Assembly (NCBI GenBank): GCA_951406725.2
Contig: OX597827.1
Span: 41,044,001 to 41,108,000 of the forward strand
Direction: 5' to 3'
DNA length: 64,000 nt
Origin: Octopus vulgaris
Taxonomy: Eukaryota
Under the pieces are notes generated by a model. The model was not told the DNA's origin. It did no database searches and saw only the letters and a list, made by a program, of their open reading frames with translations. Below are positions 51,125 through 63,840 of this stretch, piece by piece (the stretch's first letter is position 1; each line of letters opens with the position of its first letter). Position numbers and translations under genes: made by a program.

Positions 51125-51165
51125 CCAAACATGTTTTGGCCTTATTGGACCTCCTCAGTGAGGCA
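51125..51165 (-). ncRNA. Decayed minimal hammerhead ribozyme relic
   Basis: Minus strand CTCA-CTGAGGA-GGTC(caataa)GGCC-AAAAC-ATGT-T-TGG; GAAA box reads AAAA, consistent with CpG decay; palindromic stem III ACATGT. Confidence 0.5.
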
Positions 51166-51570
51166 ATAACTATGCTCTACAATAATGCAGTGTTTTCTGA
51201 AGGAAGAAACAGCCCAACCTGGGAAGAGGGCCTCTGAGGATTGAAAGGGAGAGTGAACAAACCATAATCATCATTTTAATGGCTACTTTTCTATGCTTGC
51301 ATGGGTCAGATGGAATTTGTTGGGGACAGATTTTCTGTGCTTGGATATCCTTTCTGTTGCCAAATTTCTCTCATTTCGAAGCAAGTCAATGTTTCCCTAT
51401 TATCGGCCATGGAAGATTGAAAACGAACAACACTGCTTGTATGATAGGGACACTTGCTTACAACTGTCAAGCAATGTCAAAATGACACACAAACACACAC
51501 ACATGCATAGAGTTGGGAAAGCAAGCTCCTTACCACACAGCCATACCTGTGCCTATATGTATATATACAA

Positions 51571-51896
<326 letters not shown>

Positions 51897-52143
51897 TATA
51901 TGCAATGATGGGCTTCTATCTACCAAATCTACTCACAAGGTATTGATCAGACCAGGATTATAAGAACAAGGTACTCGCTAAAGATGCAGTGCAGTGGGAC
52001 TGAATTCGGGCAGCAAACTTCTTAGCCACACAGCCATGCCTGCACCTTACCAGAACATGTTCTTGCACAACTAAAGAACTTCTTAGAGAACTGTAGAACT
52101 AACCATACAACTTCAATGAAGTTATTGTTGTTGTTAGCACTAA

Positions 52144-52366
52144 TTAACCTTTCGGTTACCATATTTTTAATGGAATACACAACCTCTGTTACAATAAATT
52201 TTGAAAATAATGAAAAATTTAATAAAATAACTTTATCACGCAAGTGTTTGGATCATAAATTAGCAAGAATTTTTAATATAAGGTTTTGATTTAGATCGAT
52301 TTAAAACAAATAATTGGCATCATGCAACCAAGGTGTTCTTAGGCAATTTGGTACCAGAAGGGTTAA
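52144..52366. mobile_element. piggyBac-type MITE (diverged)
   Basis: TTAA-CCTTTCGGTTACC...GGTACCAGAAGGG-TTAA. Confidence 0.6.
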
Positions 52367-52656
52367 GTAAACCTATGAATGAAGGCATTCAAGCCACACT
52401 ATTCTGTCATAAGCTCAAACGATAAAGCCAGAATTGATTCACTGAGACGTCAAAAATTTCTGTTTTTGAGCTGATCTTAGAAATGTTTATTGTACAATCA
52501 ACAGCAAAGTGAACAAAGTGCTTTGCAGTGTTTAGTCACTTGGCCTTTTCATCCTTCTAGGGTGGACAAAAATAAAATATCTGTCACATATTGGGGTTGA
52601 TTTCACTGCCTATTTCTTTCCCAAAAATTTGTGGGTGTGTATCTAAGTAAGAAATT

Positions 52657-52967
52657 ATTACCTCTGCATTAGCGAAGGCAGGGGTATTGTTTTCAGTCAT
52701 ATTTGTTTGTCCATGGACAAGATATCTCAAGAACTGAGAGATGGATTCGGATGAAACATTCGTGACTGGCATGAACTGATTAGATTTTGGGATCAATCTG
52801 ATACCAGATTATTTTTCCTGTTTTTTTACTTTTGAGAGTGGTTGGGTTCATTTTTAGTATTCTAGTTTGAGAGCAGTCAAGTTTATTTCAGATATTCTCA
52901 TTTTAAAAATCATTGACAGGATGTTGGTGTTGCCTTGGCAGAGGTTTGTGCTCTCTGAGTGCTCGTT
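52657..52967. mobile_element. HINE/DINE-like element
   Basis: ATTACCTCTGC..GGCAGGGGTA hairpin at one end, CTTGGCAGAGGTTTGTGCTCTCTGAGTGC at the other; homolog at 46310-46683. Confidence 0.5.
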
Positions 52968-52979
52968 ATCATTATCATC

Positions 52980-53632
52980 AAGGTGGCAAGCTGGCAGAAT
53001 CATTAGCACGCTGGGCAAAATGCATAGTGGCATTTCATCCATCCTTATGTTCTGAGTTCAAATTCCACTGGGGTCGACTTTGCCTTTCATCCTTACAGGG
53101 TCAATAAAGTAAGTACCAATGAAAACCTGGGGTTGATGTAATCAACTAATCCCCTCCCCACAATTTCAGGCCTTGTGCCTTTAGTAGAAAGGATTATCAT
53201 CATTATTATTAGATTAGCAGAATTGTTTAAGGTTAGATAACATGCCTTGTGGTACTTAGTACTGGCTCTTTATGTTCCAAGTTCAAATGCTACCTTTGTA
53301 ACATTGCCCATTCATTTTTTCTGGGGTTGGTAAAATGAGGAACCAGTCAAGTACTGGAATCAATTTATTCAACTAAACACCACTTTCAAAAAAAAAAAAT
53401 GTTGGCCTTGTGCTAAAATTAAAATGTATTAATTATTATTATTATTGTTAGTATACTTGTGCCGGTGGCATGTAAAAGCACCCACTACACTCTCAGAGTG
53501 GTTGGCATTAGGAAGGGCATCCAACTGTAGAAACTCTGCCAGATCAGATTGGAGTCTGGTGCAGCCATCTGGTTCGCCAGTCCTCAGTCAAATCATCCAA
53601 TCCATGCTAGCATGGAAGGCGGACGTTAAATG

Positions 53633-53670
<38 letters not shown>

Positions 53671-54855
53671 GGTGGTGAGCTGGCAGAATTGCTAGTACAC
53701 CAGATAAAATGCTTAGCAACATCTCATCTATCTTTAGGTTCTGAGTTCACATTCAGAGGACAACTTCGCCTTTCAGCCTTTTGGAGTTGATAAAATAAAT
53801 ATCAGGCAAGTCCTGGGATCAGTATAATGAACAAGCCCCACCACCACCTCAAAAATTGCTGGCCCTATACCAAAATTAGAAATAATCATTATTATCATTA
53901 GTAATAGTAGTAGCAGCAGCAGCAGCAACAGCTGTTGCTGGCAGGGAGTTAGATAAAAGCTTTATGTATTTAGTTATGTCCCTTTATGCTCCATGTTAGG
54001 ATATTCATGGAGGCAATTAAATCTACTTTCCACCACTAAAATGTGTGGCCTTGAGCTTATGTTAAAAATCCATAATATTGTAGTGATGCTTCTGAGCTCC
54101 ATCCAATACCATCACAGTTGACTTTATCTTTCAAGGGTTTGATCTAATTAGGTGTACTCCTTACTACAATATGTACATATCTGAGAATAGGATGAGAGAT
54201 CGACCTAAACAGAGTGTAATGTAAATGAAAATATCTGTCATTATCATTAGAAGTAAGGCATCGAGCTGGCAGAACTGTTAACACATTAGACAAAATTCTT
54301 AACTGCATTTTGTTCATCTTTATGTTCCAAGTTCAAATTCCACCAAGGTTGACTGCCTTTCATAATTTCGACGTCGATAAAATGAGTACCAGTTGAACAC
54401 TGGGGTTGATACAATCAACTAGCCACCGCCACTGAAATTGCTGGCCCTGTGCCAAAATTTGAAACCATTATTATCATTAGAACTATCCTTATACCTAAAT
54501 TAGAAGTGATCATTATTGTTAATGTCAGATAAAATGTCTTGCAGTATTTCTTTCATCTCTTTACAGTCAGAGTTCAAATACCAATGAAGTCACCTTTACA
54601 TTTCATCCTTTGCAGGGTTGATAAAACAAAACACTAGCCATGTACTGTGGTTAATATAATCCATTGTTCCCTTTCTCCAAAATTCAAGGCCTTGAGCCAA
54701 TGTAAGAAATCGTCATATTGCAGTTATAGTACTAAGACAGCAACCTGGCAGAACCAGTAACATGCTAGACAAAATGTTTAGCAGAATTTCTTTTGTCTTT
54801 ACATTCCGAGTTCAAACTCTACCAAAGTCGACTTTGCCTTTCAGCCTCTCAGGGT
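52980..54855 (+). mobile_element. Head-to-tail array of SINE family B (about 6 copies, plus one family C fragment)
   Basis: Repeated GGCAGAA..TTAGCA..CAAAATG..GAGTTCAAAT..GACTTTGCCTTTCATCC units separated by (ATT)n. Confidence 0.8.
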
Positions 54856-54857
54856 AA

Positions 54858-55201
54858 TTAAGCCTTTAGTATTTAAACCGGCCATATTCGGCTAAAATAT
54901 TCTACCTTTTTTATGCCCAAACTAGCCAGATGGCCTCTCACACCAACCCTACAATTTTTATAATATCATTCTAAAAATTAAGAGTTACTTCATCAAAATC
55001 TCAAAGCTATGAGATAATGCATTAATACAACACAATATGAAGGAGTGGCTGTGTGATAAGTAGCTTGTTTACCAACCACATGGTTCCGGGTTCAGTCCCA
55101 CTGCGTGGCACCTTGGGCAAGTGTCTTCTACTATAGCCTCTGGCCGACCAAAGCCTTGTGAGTGGATTTGGTAGACGGAAACTGAAAAGAAGCCCGTCGT
55201 A

Positions 55202-55241
<40 letters not shown>

Positions 55242-55507
55242 TGTGTGTGTTTGTGTGTCTGTGTTTGTCCCCCTAGCATTGCTTGACAACCGATGCTGGT
55301 GTGTTTATGTCCCCGTTACTATGCGGTTCGGCAAAAGAGACCGATAGAATAAGTACTGGGCTTACAAAAGAATAAGTCCCGGGGTCGAGTTGCTCGATTG
55401 AAGGCGGTGCTCCAGCATGGCCACAGTCAAATGACTGAAACAAGTAAAGAGAGAGAGTAATAAATAAGATTACTTTTGACAGGGTAATCTCAATGCTAAA
55501 GGGTTAA
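54858..55507. mobile_element. piggyBac-type MITE carrying a nested full-length SINE, itself inside another SINE
   Basis: TTAA-GCCTTTAGTATT...AATGCTAAAGGG-TTAA; SINE at 55041-55457 inside; host SINE resumes as AATAAGTACC after 55507. Confidence 0.7.
55041..55457 (+). mobile_element. SINE family A (CpG-retaining, young)
   Basis: Near-consensus copy nested in a piggyBac-type MITE. Confidence 0.85.
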
Positions 55508-55788
55508 AATAAGTACCATTTGAGCACTAGGGTTGAAGCAATCAACTTGGCCCCTTCCCAAAAAATATTAGAAAGGATTATTATTACTATTAGTAGTAGT
55601 AGGTCTGTTACGTTACTAAAGTTATATCTTGGATTATAATTATTTTCACATTCCTAACAACAGTCTCACACTGTTAAGAATTTCCTTAGTTTAATTAGCT
55701 TTAAGATAATTGACTAAAGTTAATTAAGTTTAGTTAATTAACTGTTTTTAGTTAAGGTTTGGCAGAGTGAAATCAAAGTTATTATCTC

Positions 55789-56113
55789 CAGTGGTTCTCA
55801 ACCATTTTTTGCCTGTGGACCTCTTCAGTTCCTATTTTACTTGGATGGACTCCACCACAGCCATTCGATGTTTAAAGAAATCTTATATTTTTATAATTAG
55901 ATATACTCTTTTACTTGTTCCAGTCATTTGACTGCAGCCACGCTGGAGCACCACCTTTAGTCGAGCAAATCAACCCCAGGATATATTCTTTGTAAGCCTA
56001 GTACCTATTCTATCATTCACTTTTGCCGAACCGCTAAGTTACGTGGACGTAAACACACCAGCATTGGTTGTCAAGCAATGTTGGAGTGGGGTGGGACAAA
56101 CACAGACACACAA

Positions 56114-56156
<43 letters not shown>

Positions 56157-56466
56157 CATATATATGATGGGCTTCTTTCAATTTCCATCTACCAAATCCG
56201 CTCACAAGGCTTTAGTTGGCCTGAGGCTATAGTAGAAGACACTTGCCCAAGGTGACATGCAGTGGGACTGAACCCGGAACTATGTGGTTGGTAAGCAAGC
56301 TACCTACCACACAGCCACTCCTGCACCTATGTATTATTAGAAATTGTATAAAAAAAATATATTCACTGTATTGTAGAAGTATAACTGATTAATTGCAGAT
56401 AAAGTCTAACAACAAAATCTTATATGGATCTCCAAGGGCCATAAGGACCCCAGTTGAGAACCACAG
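55789..56466. mobile_element. hAT-type MITE with nested SINE (55905-56327)
   Basis: CAGTGGTTCTCAACC...AGTTGAGAACCACAG termini. Confidence 0.7.
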
Positions 56467-59400
56467 CTAGGTCATGCTTTGGTCTGGTTGAGGGACCATA
56501 TTGCTCCCTCTGACATGCAGTAGTTGACTCTGAGAGGATGACAGGCAATATTGACTCCAGCAGCATTTGAACTCAGAATATAGAGTGTCGGAAGAAATGC
56601 TGCTTAGCCCAGTATGGTAACACCACCATAATAATAATAATAATGGTTTCAAATTTTGGCACAAGGTCAGCAAGTTCGGGGAGGAGATAAGTCGATTACA
56701 TTGACCCCCAGTACTTCACTGGTATTTATTTTATCGACCCCCAAAAGGATGAAAGGCAAAGGTTGATCCCAGTTGCAATTGAAGTTGGAAGAAATGTCGC
56801 TAAGTATTTTCCCCAGTGTAATAATGATTCTGCCAGTGCACTACCTTAATAATAATAATAATTCTTGCAAATAAATAAAAATCATTTTTTAATTTAAATT
56901 GGCAAAAGGAATTGCCACTAATGGAAAAGTGTATATTAAAAGAAAAAAGTAGTGATTTACAGCAGTTCACATTTCTTTACAGTAGATACACAAGTTTTAA
57001 AAAAAAATGGTAATTCTTTGGTTACTTTTCGAACTTTAAGCAAAATTCTACGATTTTCGAACTTTAAGCAAAATTCAACGATTTTTTTGCAAATAAGCTA
57101 TAAAGATAAATTAATAAAAACTATTTTCCTGTGCTGCGTAAAAATGGTTTTCCATCCATCCTGAAAAAGTGGAAAAAAAAAAAAAAAAAAAAATTCAAGA
57201 CAAGTTCGTGGACCATAAATGTCAGAAGTCACTTAGCCGCACTGCACAAAACTTTGATTTTTTTACCGCAATGGACCATCACGAGTTTCTTTGGATTATT
57301 TTTTCCTTTGCAATTTAATTATTTATAATCGTTACTAAGTATTAATATCAGACACTCAACTTTGATAACTTTGTAATAATATTTTGCTCCATCCTGCAAT
57401 ACCATCGTAAAGTAGGGGGATTGCTCTAAAAGCAATAACAATGAGAACGAAATAAGCAGAGCAAGAGGACACACGAAGGCGGAAAGTGTCGCTGAGGAGG
57501 ACACAGATGAGTGACGGAAGATTTCTGGACAATGGACATGAGTTAGAATAAGAACAGTAATAAACGAGCGAAGAACGAATATATAGTGCGTGTGTTTATT
57601 TAGCAAAAAAAAAATAATAATTCCGAAATACAATAATGGGTCTGGTTGAGGGACTATATTGCTAATAATGATTTCTTAAATAAATAACGAAGATTTCTAA
57701 GGTCATGACCACAAAGTTTAAAGGAGAAGGTAAAAGTCGATCAAATCCATCCGAGTACCTGACGTTAACGGGACTTGAACTCCCAGAATAAATATAAAAT
57801 CAAAATGTTAATAAACACATAGCTATGAAGAAGTTCTGAAAGTTTTGAAGATTTAATGACAAATACGAATCACATAGGCTTCGATTCCTCATGCATATAT
57901 CAGTAGTGCCGGGAATATACTGTTTAGAGAAGAAAACATGTAAACTAAAGCTTTTTTTTTTTTTTCCTACCCAATAAACTTTAATACTTTCTTCGGTTTC
58001 TCCCAAGTTCTCAAGGACAGTGAGTGGCAAACGGGAGTGATCCGGGTTCAATACTGTGCAGTATTTAATTACTTCTCAAGTACTAATCATGCCAAGTTAT
58101 GGGGTTAGAAAACAAATACTTAAGTACCATGCAGGCACTAGTGTCGATTTAATCGATTACTAACCGTTCCTCTCTACAAAGCAATAAGTGTGTTATGCAT
58201 TTATGCCCGCGCGTTAAGATAACGCCACGTACACTGCTAACCACTCCCTAGTTTCCGTCAAATTTCTCACACATCAATGGAAGGTTTTCATTTTTTTTTC
58301 TTTAAATACGTATAAATTTTCAACATTTAAATGCTCCCCAGTTTGCAGGTAAAGTTCCAAAAATATTTCAGAATTTGCAAACTACAAGTATTTTGACTTC
58401 TCTTAATTTGCTGATTCCAGCGATTGCCTTATCACTATACTGATCTATTGTCTACTTCGGAAAGATAAAAAATCCCTCCTAACCGGATTTGAACTCAAAA
58501 TGAAAGAGAAGGTAACCAAAAAACCACGAAATTCGACGATTTACCATTTACTACTATTATTATGTACAGAATTTAGCAAGCCGACGAGGGAGCCTTTACA
58601 TGGTCGATAAAAACGACTGAAATAGCAGCCAAATCGCTAATAAAACATCTATAAATCTTAAAAGAGAAGAATTACAGAAATTAGTCCTTAAGAATAAAAT
58701 TCTCTTTAATTATATAATCTGCTTGACCAGGACCGAGCTAGGATTAAATAACAACAGATGCTAGGACGATATTTAATAAAAACCAGTTGTCTGCTACACA
58801 AGTTCTTGTGTCAAAGGGCAACAGGAATTTTAACCTTTCGGACAGATTTCTCTGATGAAGAGACCTAACTATACTAGAATCCAACTCATCCAATGGTTTC
58901 ATGAATTAATTTAAATTTGCACACATCAAATGACTAGTTAAGGTCTACCCCCAACCCTCCTCCAAAAACGCAAAAGCATACAGTTCACATTATCTGCAAA
59001 ATGATTTAATATATAATTTAATATATATGTATGTATGTAATCTCATAATATATCGACTAAATATTGTTTTTAAAAACAATAAATTGCAATTGATAGATAT
59101 TTCCCTTTTATTAATCTGTATTTTAACGATAACCTTTTTTTTTTTACTTTCGACGGCAAATATTTTATGGCATTAACAAAAACTGGTTGTTAAAAGCATT
59201 AAAAAAATAAGCAGCAGCTTTCAGTATCTGCTGGTTTTAAATGTTTAAAAAATACAGGAGAATGTTAAAATCTTGGATTGCTGAATATAGTTTCAAAATG
59301 TTAAAAATAGAAAGAAACACGTGAAATACCTATATACGGAATCCATTTCGTCTCCCATAGAAAATGAAACTAAAACGGTGCATCGATATTGCCGCATATT

Positions 59401-59713
59401 AAGTCGCCAATAACTTTTCTTCCGACAGAATACATTTACTCATCCTACTATAAAGAGTCTAGATAAATAATTTCTCGAATTTTAAGATATTCTAAGTCAT
59501 AATTTTGTATCTCTACTGGGGCGGATGCATTATTTTTATCTTTTCTTTTAATTATAACGTAATTGTCTCCAAATATCAACAGAAAGTATGTTTTAGTTAC
59601 GTCCCTTTAAGTTTTGTATACGAATCCCTCAGATTTCGACTTCACTTTTTTTTTTGTACTTCTTGGGTCTATAAAATAACTATCAACATTTGCGACCATC
59701 TAGAAATCCTCAG

Positions 59714-60511
59714 GGATCTTTTCCTTTTGAACGACACTTTGTAACATAATTTCTAGGTAACTAAAACGTTTTAAACTTCGTATACTGGTAGAATGTGTTA
59801 ATAAAACATCATTTTCTCTTGGCTTTATTGAGAAAATTCTATTGTTTGTAAGATATTTCGTCTGAAATTACTTGCATTTCGGCAATTTTAACCAATCATT
59901 GGAGTCCATTTAGGTAAATAACATTCTGTGCATAATGAATATGTCCCTCCTTTAAGAAACAGATTGGGTTTATTTACATTTGTGAAGAAAAAAAGATACC
60001 CTTCCCCAACCCCTAACCCTAAATCTAAAATAGATTGAAATGCAATAGATCGATACTAGGGCCATAATTATGGGTGACATTTTCATTTGACACCGCTAGA
60101 AAAAATCCCATTTTCCGTAGCGGTGTCGTATGAAATTGTCACTCATAATTATAACCCTAGTATCGATCTATTGCATTTCAATCTATTTTAGATTTAGGGT
60201 TAGTTAGGGTTAGGGGTGGGGGAAGGGTATATTTTTTCTTCACAAATGTAAATAAACCCAATCTGTTTCTTAAAGGAGGGACATATTCATTATGCACAGA
60301 ATGTTATTTACCTAAATGGACTCCAGTGATTGGTTAAAATTGCCGAAATGCAAGTAATTTCAGACGAAATATCTTACAAACAATAGAATTTTCTCAATAG
60401 AGCCAAGAGAAAATGATGTTTTATAAACACATTCTACCAGTATACGAAGTTTAAAACTTTTTAGTTACCTAGAAATTATGTTACAAAGTGCCGTTCAAAA
60501 GGAAAAGATTC
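59714..60511. mobile_element. ~800-bp fold-back MITE (two inverted ~390-bp arms), Merlin-like, 8-bp TSD
   Basis: Starts GGATCTTTTCCTTTTGAACG and ends CGTTCAAAAGGAAAAGATTC; flanked by ATCCTCAG at 59706-59713 and 60512-60519. GG termini with an 8-bp TSD fit the Merlin/IS1016 superfamily. Confidence 0.8.
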
Positions 60512-61179
60512 ATCCTCAGAAATGAAATAAATACCGATTGACCTGCAATATTTGTTTCGGCTTTTTATATTCTGGGTTCAAAACCCGCCGAGGTGAAGAA
60601 TACGTTTCATACCCCCGCAATGCCCTCATACACACAGTAAATTTCAGGCCTAGTGTCTAAGTTACAAACAATCATTCAGTATTACTAGTATACCCGCGTC
60701 GTTAAAAATGACAACTTTATTAGTTATAGAGAATGGTATACCCGTTCAAAACGACTGGTGAATTTCTTATCGAAAATCTTCACACTTTATTTAATACTAC
60801 AATAATACACTTCAATTTTATCTAAAACGCTATGAATGTGATAAATTGCAATTGATAAATGCCACCGCCGAAAACGATGGGCTTCAATGGTAGATAAGTG
60901 CAAAAGAGATTTGTGCCGTCAGAAATGACAATTTTTCTTTTACATTTAACATATTTTTCGATTCACTACACGGCTTAGTGATACACATTTTTAATTTTAA
61001 AATAATGTATTTACAAAACATTAAAAAATTAATAATAATTACTGTAATTCCAGTTCTTTAATCATAAAAGATTCATAGTAAAACAACAAGTTCTATGTGG
61101 GGTTCCTAGTTTTCCATTGTTATTTAACAATAAATTATAATTATTCTTATTTCACGTCTTGCTTAAAACCGCATAAGGT

Positions 61180-61330
61180 CAATCCCTTGCTCAAATTAAA
61201 TTACATAAAACAAATGTGCGACGATTCCGGGGGCACTCGAGAAGACCTGCTACGTGCAATGGCGGAACGGACAGATTGGAGAGAAGGAGTCGCGTCAATC
61301 TGCGCAATAAGCACGACCAGATGATGACTA
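61180..61330 (+). mobile_element. RTE-type LINE 3' end remnant
   Basis: YIKQMCDDSGGTREDLLRAMAERTDWREGVASICAISTTR* followed by (TGA)n; typical Y...L..D.G....DL..AM.DR..WR..V terminus. Confidence 0.7.
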
Positions 61331-61907
61331 ACTCAAATCCATTTTTAGTTATATTCTTTCAATCTCGTTAACTCTTGCCCCGTTTACCAGTCACGGTAGT
61401 GTGATAAACACCCCATCATTGCACTCATTTTCATTTTACCACTCTTACTATCACTCACTCACTGTTGTTTGAAAGCTATCTACTCTCTCCTTATAGTGAC
61501 AGTAAATAACTATGCAATGCTAAATAATATATTTTGATTATTGTTACTATTTACCGTTCATCATTCCAGGGTTAATACGATAAATACCAGTCAAGTACTA
61601 AAGTCATTAAATTTGTCTTTTCCACAGATAAGAAAAGAACAACAACAATTATTCGGTGGCAGAACCGTTAACTTATCGGACAAAATACTTAGCGACATCT
61701 CTTTCAGCTCTTCACGTTCTGATGTTAACTTTGCCTTCCATCCTTATGAGGTCGATAAAACAAAGTACAAGGGTCGATGTAATCGACTTGCCCCACTCCT
61801 AACAATTGCTGGCCTTGTGCCAAAATTAGAAAGTATAAAAGAAATCATTATTATTATCATTATTATTATTATTAAGGCGGCGTGCTAGCAGAGTCGTTAG
61901 CACGCTG

Positions 61908-62333
61908 GGATCTTTACCTTTTGACCGACAGATTAAAAAAATAACTTTTTGTAACTAAACACTTCCAAACTTCGGACACTGGTAGAATGTGTCATATAAA
62001 ACATCTTTTACTCTTAGCATTTTTGAGAAGTTATTTACGAAGTTATTTCACGTTAAAGTTGTAGTATTTCGGTAATTTCAACCAATCAATGACGAGTATT
62101 CAGTTGAATAAAATTACTGCTGGCGGTGTATATTTCATTTGTCACTGTTATTTATAACAACCCTAACCCCAAAACACTAACCCTAACATCCTAACCTTAA
62201 AACCTTAAAGCTAAAACCAGTACAAAAGCATGAACGATGTTTTATATGACACATTCTATCAGTGTCCGAAGTTTGAAAGTGTTTAGTTACAAAAAATTAT
62301 TTAAAAAATCTGTCGGTCAAAAGGTAAAGATCC
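61908..62333. mobile_element. Related GGATC-terminal MITE with ~95-bp TIRs and degenerate CCCTAA tract
   Basis: GGATCTTTACCTTTTGACCGACAGA...TCTGTCGGTCAAAAGGTAAAGATCC; follows a truncated SINE head; no TSD recognisable. Confidence 0.8.
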
Positions 62334-62352
62334 CGGAATTTTAACTCATATA

Positions 62353-62752
62353 GGCGCAGGAGTGGCTGTGTGGTAAGTGTTTACAAACCACATGGTTCCA
62401 GCTTCAGTCCCACTGCATGGCACCTTGGGCAAGTGTCTTCTACTATAGCCTCGGGCCGACCAAAGACTTGTGAGTGGATTTGGTAGACGAAAACTGAAAG
62501 AAGCCCATCGTATATATGTATGTATATATATATATGTATGTGTGTGTTTGTGTGTCTGTGTTTGTCCCCCTAGCATTGCTTGACAACCGATGCTGGTGTG
62601 TTTATGTCCCCGTAACTTAGCGGTTCGGCAAAAGAGACCGATAGAATAAGTACTGGGCTTACAAAGAATAAGTCGAGTTGCTCGATTAAAAAAGGCGGTG
62701 CTCCAGCATGGCCACAGTCAGATGACTGAAACAAGTAAAAGAGTAAAGAGAG
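62353..62752 (+). mobile_element. SINE family A (CpG-retaining)
   Basis: GGCGCAGGAGTGGCTGTGTGG head to (AAAGAG)n tail. Further partial copies at ~7716-8088, 11875-12190, 26135-26295, 32490-32820, 35445-35798, 38966-39691, 42405-42773 and 55905-56327. Confidence 0.85.
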
Positions 62753-63778
62753 TATATATGCCCACAAAAAATTCCACTGTATTTAGATTAAACGTTATGG
62801 CAAGCTTTCACAATTTGGAAGAGAAGGACAGTATGCAACTGTTAGCTACGGGTATCGACTACCTACAAAGCATTTCGTATGCTCACTCAGATGCTTCCCG
62901 GCAAGTACATATCCAAAGAAATAGGAGCAGGTTTTGCGTTGCGAAAACGCAACCAGGGGTATATATAGGTTTATCAACTTCGCTGAATACTTTCATTAGA
63001 TTTTTTTTATATCACTTATTGAAAAGCAGGAAGGAATCATTGTTTTTAGATCAAGAAAATTTTATTAATCTTACTTTTTCATTTTATTTTAGAAACTTAC
63101 ACAATGGGGGATCAATAAGCTATTTCAATGGTTTCATGAAGGGGGCTAATGATATAAGAAATTAGCCGACCTCAGCAAACTTCGCTCAGTGTCCTAGAAA
63201 AAGCAACCAAATTTCTCCCAAACTGCGCTCTACTGTCTTAAAGACGTAAAGAACTCATTAATGAATGTGAGTTATATTTGTTAGGCAAGTGGCTTGATCT
63301 TAGACCGTATGTTGAACCTGAAACAGCTACATCATAGAAGAGAGCTTTTATGTCGTTTAAGAACACATTGTATCTGTTATACTAAGTTTTTTTTACTTAT
63401 TTGTAACTAAATCTGTCCATAAAACACTAAGTTTCGTTGCATTTCTTACAAACTGAACATCGACACAAATTCATTGTCAAGTTTCATCGCACTTCTAAGT
63501 GCGATGAAACTTTTAGGCACTTCATAGTAGATGGTACTGAAGCAGCCCTGGAGTAAGAGAGGCGACGAAAGGACTTTGATAAACCTCGCTAATTGATTAA
63601 CTGACTGAACGATTAATCAAACAATTAATTAGTTAATTGGTAAGCTAATTGACTAATAACAACAAAGGAAGCGAAATAGAACCAGTGCGCGTGTTTTTTT
63701 ATGGCCGTAATGATCCTCCCGAGATATAACAAAATCTATTTCAACGTACGAGTTCACATATAGAATCTTTAATGTGTG

Positions 63779-63780
63779 TG

Positions 63781-63824
<44 letters not shown>

Positions 63825-63840
63825 TGTGTGTGCGTGCGTG
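63779..63840. repeat. (TGCG)n microsatellite
   Basis: Read directly; alternating purine-pyrimidine with CpGs intact. Confidence 0.9.

Noticed and set aside
58852-58900. CTGATGAAGAG hammerhead-like box (similar boxes near 6263, 9570 and 32319)
   Set aside because: No correctly placed GAAA box or stem II closure.
62698-63165. 155-aa plus-strand ORF
   Set aside because: Starts inside a SINE tail with a non-ATG codon; no recognisable domain or exon boundaries.
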